DNA of 42,537 nt from Bacilli bacterium (lineage in GTDB: Bacteria > Bacillota_I > Bacilli_A > RFN20 > CAG-288): NCBI GenBank assembly GCA_041670045.1, contig JBAXZY010000002.1, forward strand, positions 1 through 42,537. Reading direction: 5' to 3'. This document shows positions 36,055 through 42,537 of this stretch, piece by piece. Position numbers and translations under genes: made by a program. Positions within the stretch are counted from its first letter, which is position 1. Every line of letters begins with the position of its first letter. The notes beneath the pieces are model-generated. The model ran no database searches. It worked only from the letters and a program-made list of their open reading frames with translations, and was not told the DNA's origin.

Positions 36055-37467
36055 ATGACTAAAGCGGCTAGTAAATTCAATACGAATTCTTTCACTGAAT
36101 GGAAAATAAGCAAGCTCTTGCTTCATTTCTCTATTCCGTGTGTTCTGTCTCTATTAGTAGGTGCTTTATATAACATCGTTGACCAGATTTTTGTCGGCCA
36201 AGGTGTCGGTTATCTAGGTAATGCAGCTACAAATGTTGTCTATCCTATGACTGTCATTGGTCTAGGCTTTGCCTATCTTTTAGGTGATGGCTGTGCCGCA
36301 TATTTAAGTATCTCCTTAGGTAAGGGTGAGAAAGAGAAAGGCTCTAAAGCCGTAGCCAATGTCTTGATTATTTTACTAATCATCAGTGCATTAATCATGA
36401 CCATCGGTTTTTGTTTTCAGGATCAGCTTTTATATTTCTTTGGTGCCACGGATACCTGCCTTGATTATGCGAGAACCTATTTCAGGATTATTCTTTCGGG
36501 TATGTTCTTCTATATCCTAAGTTCAGGTCTTAATTCCATTATTCGAGCTGATGGTTCTCCAAGTTACGCCATGATTTCTATGGTCTCCGGAGCTGTTCTG
36601 AATCTGATTATGGATCCGATTGCTATTTTTGGTTTGAATCTTGGTATTGCTGGGGCTGCTTATGCAACCATCCTTTCTCAGTTAGTGACTTTCCTTATTT
36701 CTCTAATCTATTTATGGCATTCTAAGACATTTAAACTAAGCCTTAGTTCTTTTAAGTTTAATCCCAGTATTTTAAAAGATGTTGTGGTCTTAGGTGTTTC
36801 AAGCTGCATTACCCAGTTATCAATTGTTATTACTTGTGTGGTAACTAACCACATCATGATTACCTATGGAGCTAATTCCGAATATGGATCTGATATTCCT
36901 TTAGCAGTCATGGGCATAGTGATGAAAGTCTTTTCAATAGTAATAGCAATCATCTTAGGAATATCAGTTGGTGGACAACCGATTATAGGTTTTAATTACG
37001 GAGCTAAAAGATATGACCGAGTTTTAAAGACTTTTAAAATCATTATTATCTCAGTTGGAATAGTAGGTTTGATTGCTACCATTGTCTTTGAAGCCTTGCC
37101 CCAGTATGTAATTCTTCTATTTGGAGTAAAAGGAGAAGAATATACTAAGTTTTCCATTCTCTGTTTTCGAATTTATTTAGGGGGAATCTTTTTGACTTGC
37201 TTGCAGAAATCAAGCTGTATCTTTTTACAGGCTTTAGGAAAGCCTGTAAAAGCTATTATTCTTTCTTTGATTCGAGATACGATATCCTTAATTCCGGCGG
37301 TTCTAATTCTTCCTTTATTCTTAGGTATTGAAGGAGCTTTATGGTCAGGTCCCTTCTCAGATGTGATTGCTGGTATTGTGACTTTCATTATTGTGGTGAT
37401 TGAATGCCGGCATCTTTCTATTCTAGCTAAGGAAGATAATAATACTGCTTTAAAAAGCAATACATAA
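36055..37467 (+). CDS. MATE-family efflux transporter
   Basis: Typical MATE N-terminus (LLLHFSIPCVLSLLVGALYNIVDQIFVGQGVGYLGNAA). About 12 TM segments. Start moved to M22 of the track ORF. Confidence 0.85.
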   Translation: MTKAASKFNTNSFTEWKISKLLLHFSIPCVLSLLVGALYNIVDQIFVGQGVGYLGNAATNVVYPMTVIGLGFAYLLGDGCAAYLSISLGKGEKEKGSKAVANVLIILLIISALIMTIGFCFQDQLLYFFGATDTCLDYARTYFRIILSGMFFYILSSGLNSIIRADGSPSYAMISMVSGAVLNLIMDPIAIFGLNLGIAGAAYATILSQLVTFLISLIYLWHSKTFKLSLSSFKFNPSILKDVVVLGVSSCITQLSIVITCVVTNHIMITYGANSEYGSDIPLAVMGIVMKVFSIVIAIILGISVGGQPIIGFNYGAKRYDRVLKTFKIIIISVGIVGLIATIVFEALPQYVILLFGVKGEEYTKFSILCFRIYLGGIFLTCLQKSSCIFLQALGKPVKAIILSLIRDTISLIPAVLILPLFLGIEGALWSGPFSDVIAGIVTFIIVVIECRHLSILAKEDNNTALKSNT

Positions 37468-37596
37468 ATATCTTTAGATTGACAAAACTAGGCAAAAAGA
37501 GAAAAATATAGATAGTAAAAAGGAATATGTTGGCAGGAATACTTTCTTTCGTTTTGCTCTCTTTAGTTATTCCTGTTTGCATTAAATGGAAAAGAT

Positions 37597-39678
37597 ATGA
37601 ACAAATTATTAAGGAACTTAACAGTAGTCTTCATCCTAACTGTTTTTGGTGTCTCCAGCTGTTCCCCTAATCAATCATCTAATACTTCAACTAGTGAGAA
37701 CAGTTCTGAATCTTTGATATCGGAGTCAACTAGCACTAGTGATTCCACAACCAGTATTGTTCCTCTTGATTATTTTCTCATCACAAACGAAAAGCCAGCT
37801 GAAGTTTATAAAACCAAGTCACTTCAAATTGAATGCTTATTTTATCCTGAAAATGCGACTGATAAGTCCCTTAGTTTTGTATCCAGTAATCCAACTATAG
37901 CTTCAGTATCTAATACTGGTTTAGTTAGTGGTCTTGATGTTGGCACATCTAATATCACAGTGTTCAACAGTGACAAATCAAGTACGGATTCAATCACAGT
38001 CAATGTTTTGCCTTTTACTCCCGTTACCTCTGTAACAATCACTCAAACGAAAAAAAATCTTTTAACAGGCGGCTTTTTAAACTTAGAAGTAAAGGTAGAG
38101 CCTGAGGATGCCACCGATAAATCGATTGTTTATACTTCCAGCAATGATTCGATTATTAAAGCCGGAACCACAGATACAGTGGAAGCCTTGACTGCCGGTA
38201 TTGCTACTATCACCGCTACCTCCAAGACTAATCCGGAAGTCAGTGATTCGATTGACTTGGAAAGCTCAGGCACTGATTCATTCAATAGCTATCATGTCGA
38301 AAAAGACATCACTAAAGACATTTCAATGCAGGAAATTCAGAAAAGTCAAAGTCTTAATTCTATTCCTAACATGAATAGCAAGCAGAAAATGTTAGTCATT
38401 CCTGTTGAATTTGCTGATTATCCTTTCACTGCTTCCACCATCAATTCCCTTGATGCTCTCTTCAATGGCAGTAATGAAGATGGTACGACTGATTACTGGG
38501 AATCAGTTTGCTCCTTCTATAAGAAATCCAGTTACTCAAAAGTCAACATGGAGATGACTATTGCTGATATTTATCGGCCTATTAATGCCTCTACTTCTAA
38601 GCAATACACTACAAGTGATATTCAGAGTTTGAATTACACAATCACGGTTGATTTCTTAAGAGGAGCCGTAGCTGATTACAAAACAAAAAACAATACTGAC
38701 TGCACTGATTTTGATAATGACAAGGATGGTTTCATTGATGCCGTCTATTTAGTCTACAGTGCTCCTGATTATATGCAGGCTGAGAAATTGAACGAAGATA
38801 TCTTCTGGGCATTCTGTTACTGGGATTGGGAAAACTTTAATAATAGTAGTTTAACAAGCCCAATTCCAAACAATTATTTTTGGGTTTCTTATGACTTCAT
38901 GTATGATAGCGGAAAGGATAAAATTGATTCCCATACCGTCATCCATGAGACGGGTCACTTGTTAGGAGCTATGGATTATTATGATTACGGCTACAAAACT
39001 AATCCTCTTGGCGGGCTTGATATGATGGATAATAACATTGGTGACCACAATATGTGGACCAAGATGAGTTATGGCTGGGCTGATCCAATTGTGGTCACCG
39101 GCAATAGCAGGATCACTATCAAGTCAACTCAGATCCAAGGTGATGTCATTGTCTTAGCACCGGAAGACTGGAATGGTACACCATTTGATGAAATGATTAC
39201 GATTGAACTATCCACACCGACAGGTCTTAATAAGGTCGATGCCGAAAATAAATATATAGGTTATTATCCTTATTTCTACACCAAACCGGGAATCCGAGTT
39301 CAGTATGCTGACTGCCGCTTAGTCAGTGGCTACAACCAATATATTGATATGTCAGACCCAAGTAAGGTCAGCGGCAATATATACCTTGGTCCATCGAATA
39401 CAGCTGACTATAATGGCAAAAATAGTCTAAATTATACTAAAGAGAATTACCGACAGTTATCTCTTATCCAATCAGGTAAAGAAGCTACTTGCATCAATAA
39501 AAATATAGCAGCCTCAGATGATGATTTGTTTCATGTCGGTGATTCCTTCAATATGAATGACTATCAGGAATTCTTCCCTAATAAAACTACGCTTGACAGT
39601 GGTAAGAAGCTTCCTTATGAATTCTATGTTGAATCCATTTCTAATACAGAAGCGACGATTGTTGTTCAGAAAATCTAG
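37597..39678 (+). CDS. Lipoprotein with Big_2-like repeats and an M6 (immune inhibitor A-like) metalloprotease domain
   Basis: Lipobox GVSSCSP. Ser/Thr linker. Two Ig-like repeats (SSNPTIASVSNTGLVSGLDVGTSNITV and TSSNDSIIKAGT...AGIATITA). Zinc motif VIHETGHLLGAMDYYD. Confidence 0.8.
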   Translation: MNKLLRNLTVVFILTVFGVSSCSPNQSSNTSTSENSSESLISESTSTSDSTTSIVPLDYFLITNEKPAEVYKTKSLQIECLFYPENATDKSLSFVSSNPTIASVSNTGLVSGLDVGTSNITVFNSDKSSTDSITVNVLPFTPVTSVTITQTKKNLLTGGFLNLEVKVEPEDATDKSIVYTSSNDSIIKAGTTDTVEALTAGIATITATSKTNPEVSDSIDLESSGTDSFNSYHVEKDITKDISMQEIQKSQSLNSIPNMNSKQKMLVIPVEFADYPFTASTINSLDALFNGSNEDGTTDYWESVCSFYKKSSYSKVNMEMTIADIYRPINASTSKQYTTSDIQSLNYTITVDFLRGAVADYKTKNNTDCTDFDNDKDGFIDAVYLVYSAPDYMQAEKLNEDIFWAFCYWDWENFNNSSLTSPIPNNYFWVSYDFMYDSGKDKIDSHTVIHETGHLLGAMDYYDYGYKTNPLGGLDMMDNNIGDHNMWTKMSYGWADPIVVTGNSRITIKSTQIQGDVIVLAPEDWNGTPFDEMITIELSTPTGLNKVDAENKYIGYYPYFYTKPGIRVQYADCRLVSGYNQYIDMSDPSKVSGNIYLGPSNTADYNGKNSLNYTKENYRQLSLIQSGKEATCINKNIAASDDDLFHVGDSFNMNDYQEFFPNKTTLDSGKKLPYEFYVESISNTEATIVVQKI

Positions 39679-39694
39679 AAAGAGGAATTGATTT

Positions 39695-41485
39695 ATGAAA
39701 GAAAGAAAGTTATTTGTCGGGTTGCTGACGGTCGTCCTGTTACAGGGCTGTGGCAATACTTCTTCATTATCAGTAGCCGAGGATTCTTCATCCAGCAGTG
39801 GAGAAACCAGCAGCAGTTCAGCCAAAGTTCTTACTAAAGATGAAATCTTAGATCTCTTAAAGACTAACTTCACTCTCAAGGGAACTAATCATCAAGTAAT
39901 AACTACTGCTAGTGATGGTAAAGTGTTTGTAGATACGACAAACTACTGTGATTTTAAGTTTGCACCTGAGCATTTCTATGCTAATGGAGCTACCCATACC
40001 GGTTATGTATACCTGAATGAAAATGTCTTTATGAAGGAGGATGGTTATGCCTATGCTTCTCATTTAGACAAAGAGAATCAGGTAGTGGATGAGAAAGCCA
40101 CAATCTATGATTCCACACAAGAAGATTATGTTCCCTATCTCTTTAATGAAGTCACTTCCTATAAGAAGAACCCTTTCTCCTATTTCACAAGTGACATGGT
40201 AACCATGTCTAGTGACAATAAAAAATTATCTTTTGCCATTGATAAAAAGGTTGGTGAATATAACCCTGCACTCATCCTTTTCCAAACCTTAACCCAAGAA
40301 CCGATTACGTCTGTGAAATCTTTGACTGTCACCTTAGATAGCAACTATCTCCCTCATATTATTCTTGCAGACACAGGTGAAGTCACTGGTTCAATGTTTG
40401 TAACCACTACGACCTTTGATTACACTTTCTCCGATATTGGCACTACAAATTTCAAAGCTTTGACACCCTGCTTAAACAAAACCGATGTCGAGCCTGTAGT
40501 AAATGGCTTAGATGCCTTAGCTCAGAACAACTACACGATTACTTCCTATATTTGTGGAACAACCAATTATTACAATACGGAAATAACTTATCCTACCTTA
40601 GAAAACTACGTTTTCAAAGTTACCCCAACTGGCTATTACACTGATAAGGAATATCAGAAAAGTGTCGTCAAAAAGACCACTGGAGTTAGTTCAGTATCTT
40701 ACTACCCTATAAGTGGAAAAGCCTATGAAGAAAAGACCTCAAGCACAACCTATGAGTCTTTGTTACCTACATATGATATCTCAGAGAATTTCTTCATCAA
40801 ACAGAAAGAAGGCGTCTATAAAGTCGAACCGACAGCTGCCCAAACCGTTTTAAAAGCTATGAATATTCCTTTTGATGCCAAATACGAGCACATGGATACC
40901 GACACCTTTTATATTTATATCTATGATGGTCAGATAACCAAAATCTCATTTAATTACAATGACATCATGGGAGTCGAGCCAATCACTTACATTTATGATG
41001 GAATCGGAACAACAGCACTGCCTTTTGATACCACGGCGGTAGTCCCACATGTTGATAAGCCAAAGACTCAGACAGAGTTTACTCCTAAAGAAGAAAATTA
41101 TTTCCTTTCTTACTTTGGAAAGAAATTCACATTCCCCTTCGTCAATTCCAATTCCGGAGAACAATATTCATTGAATGAACTTTTCTATATCTCTGAAGAT
41201 ATTATTCCTATTGGAATCGAAATGAGTGCAACTCTAACAAAAGATGATGGTACTGCTGACACTGAAAACCTAACCGCCTTAAAAACCAATTATGAAGCCA
41301 GTGTTCAAAAAGCCGGCTGGACCTATAAAGGAAAAGCAACCAATTCAACGCTGGATTATGTCACCGGTGAAGAATACACTAAAAACGACTGCAGTGCTTT
41401 CTTCTATGTGGATGATTCGCAGTTTACGATTGATATTCTTTACTCTTCAGACATCAATTTAAGTGATAATAGCCGAGTTGATTAA
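39695..41485 (+). CDS. Lipoprotein of unknown function
   Basis: Lipobox LLQGCGN with a Ser-rich linker. Starts 16 nt after the protease gene, with an AGAGGAA RBS. Confidence 0.7.
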   Translation: MKERKLFVGLLTVVLLQGCGNTSSLSVAEDSSSSSGETSSSSAKVLTKDEILDLLKTNFTLKGTNHQVITTASDGKVFVDTTNYCDFKFAPEHFYANGATHTGYVYLNENVFMKEDGYAYASHLDKENQVVDEKATIYDSTQEDYVPYLFNEVTSYKKNPFSYFTSDMVTMSSDNKKLSFAIDKKVGEYNPALILFQTLTQEPITSVKSLTVTLDSNYLPHIILADTGEVTGSMFVTTTTFDYTFSDIGTTNFKALTPCLNKTDVEPVVNGLDALAQNNYTITSYICGTTNYYNTEITYPTLENYVFKVTPTGYYTDKEYQKSVVKKTTGVSSVSYYPISGKAYEEKTSSTTYESLLPTYDISENFFIKQKEGVYKVEPTAAQTVLKAMNIPFDAKYEHMDTDTFYIYIYDGQITKISFNYNDIMGVEPITYIYDGIGTTALPFDTTAVVPHVDKPKTQTEFTPKEENYFLSYFGKKFTFPFVNSNSGEQYSLNELFYISEDIIPIGIEMSATLTKDDGTADTENLTALKTNYEASVQKAGWTYKGKATNSTLDYVTGEEYTKNDCSAFFYVDDSQFTIDILYSSDINLSDNSRVD

Positions 41486-41558
41486 AAGATAGCATCTTAT
41501 TCTTCCAATATTATTCGTTGTCTATAAAATCTTTAGTTCAAAGACAGCTGCAGGAAAC

Positions 41559-42368
41559 TTACTTAGCTTCCTGCAGCTTTTTCTTTTCTTCCCATTTGGA
41601 ATAAAGAGACATCACTAATTTACTGGCAAAGTAAACAATCACAAAAAGAGACAAGGCACCTATTGAGAGAACAAACAATTTTAAAAAGACATTGTCAGGT
41701 AGCCAGCTCGTAATCGAGATACCGGTAGTGTCATGAGCTAAATAGAGATAATTAGCATCAGGAATATAGTAATTAGCAATGCAGGCAATGACAGCTAAGG
41801 TAAATAAGAAGATAAAGGGTTTATAGATTTCTTTGATACTAGGTCGATAGCCGTAAACGAAAGTCATATAGAAGACAGCCAGGATTGGTAAGATATGTTC
41901 AGCCCAGTACTGATAGTACCGGAAATAGGTAGGACCCGTGGTTGAAATGACTGATGGCAGAAAAAGAGGGAAGATTCCGGCCGTCAGACAGGTAAAGAAA
42001 CAGATCTGATATAGACTTGGGCTTTTCTTCATCAGCATGAAACAGGCAAAGATACAGGACCACTCACAGACTTGCAGAGGTAGCTTAGTCAGTAAGTTAG
42101 TTTTTTCAGTTGACCCACTTCCCACATAGAGTAATCTCCAGAAATAGGCCATTTCAAAAAAGAGCATCACTGCCGCGAAGATGAAACGGACATTCTCTTC
42201 ATGCTTCAAAGAAGCTAATTTCTTCCGAAAATGAAAAATCAGAAAGATTCCTAAGCCTAGGATGATTAAAGGAATGAAATGAGCTAGGCTCCACATCTTG
42301 AAGTCTCCTTTTAAGCCATAGCCAAAGAAGCCTTCACTATAAAAATCATTCGTAATTGCCGGTTCCAT
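41559..42368 (-). CDS. Integral membrane protein (YwaF/TIGR02206-like)
   Basis: 269 aa with about 7 TM segments. The family assignment is from memory of the general layout only. Confidence 0.5.
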   Translation of the reverse strand: MEPAITNDFYSEGFFGYGLKGDFKMWSLAHFIPLIILGLGIFLIFHFRKKLASLKHEENVRFIFAAVMLFFEMAYFWRLLYVGSGSTEKTNLLTKLPLQVCEWSCIFACFMLMKKSPSLYQICFFTCLTAGIFPLFLPSVISTTGPTYFRYYQYWAEHILPILAVFYMTFVYGYRPSIKEIYKPFIFLFTLAVIACIANYYIPDANYLYLAHDTTGISITSWLPDNVFLKLFVLSIGALSLFVIVYFASKLVMSLYSKWEEKKKLQEAK

Positions 42369-42387
42369 TTTGCTTTTTCCTTTTCTT

Positions 42388-42537
42388 TTAGGTTCTACTC
42401 TTCGTATTGATGGCTAAGTTCCAGTGTCTGACTTTCTGCATGCAGATAAAATGAGAAACTAATGAGAACAATAAAACTACTCCAATTGTAATTAGATACA
42501 GATAGGGATTGATGATCAAAGGGTATTCCCGGATTAA
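42388..42537 (-). CDS. C-terminal end of a membrane protein, N-terminus outside the window
   Basis: My reverse-complement reading gives ...LIREYPLIINPYLYLITIGVVLLFSLVSHFICMQKVRHWNLAINTKSRT followed by TAA at 42390..42388. Confidence 0.35.
   Translation of the reverse strand, partial: LIREYPLIINPYLYLITIGVVLLFSLVSHFICMQKVRHWNLAINTKSRT

Noticed and set aside
37534-37575. CAGGAATA/TATTCCTG inverted repeat after the MATE gene as a terminator
   Set aside because: The loop is 26 nt and the trailing U-run is weak (UUUGCAUU). It is plausible but not strong enough to list as a feature.
1-42537. Mycoplasma-type genetic code (TGA read as Trp)
   Set aside because: Several well-supported genes end at TGA (the flavoprotein at 3230, the WYL gene at 18444, the HTH-kinase at 30025), and the long ORFs are intact under the standard code.
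1-42537. CRISPR arrays, prophage, IS elements or integrative elements
   Set aside because: There are no regularly spaced direct repeats, and no integrase, transposase, recombinase or phage structural genes. The only repeats seen are short operator-like motifs and coding low-complexity tracts.

Overview
AT-rich, standard-code (TGA is a stop) chromosomal segment that looks like a low-GC Firmicutes or wall-less relative (Erysipelotrichia/Mollicutes-like), judged from many lipoproteins with Ser-rich linkers after the lipobox. I saw no rRNA, tRNA, CRISPR array, transposase or integrase. Most of the window is housekeeping or accessory genes: hypB, a large Fe-S flavoprotein and hypA; two cation/proton antiporters with a TetR regulator; an amidohydrolase; gldA; two MATE-type transporters; an M6 metalloprotease; an LRR lipoprotein; and three XRE-HTH fusion proteins. 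The standout is the largest ORF-free gap (16638-17421). It holds a roughly 600-nt, G+C-enriched, hairpin-dense element whose GNRA tetraloops and G-U wobbles only work on the minus strand. It ends in a strong intrinsic terminator about 20 nt before the rtcB (RNA ligase) start codon. It faces a divergent WYL-like regulator gene flanked by two copies of a 12-mer inside palindromes. I read this as a candidate large structured ncRNA or leader, rtcB and WYL RNA-repair module, and I could not match the RNA to any family by eye. Secondary leads are a riboswitch-like leader before an antiporter gene and an operon of HTH-kinase, small Cys/His protein and MATE-like transporter. That operon sits next to a helicase IV-like gene, with operator-like repeats and an A13 tract between them. 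All calls come from manual reading, and no database search was possible.
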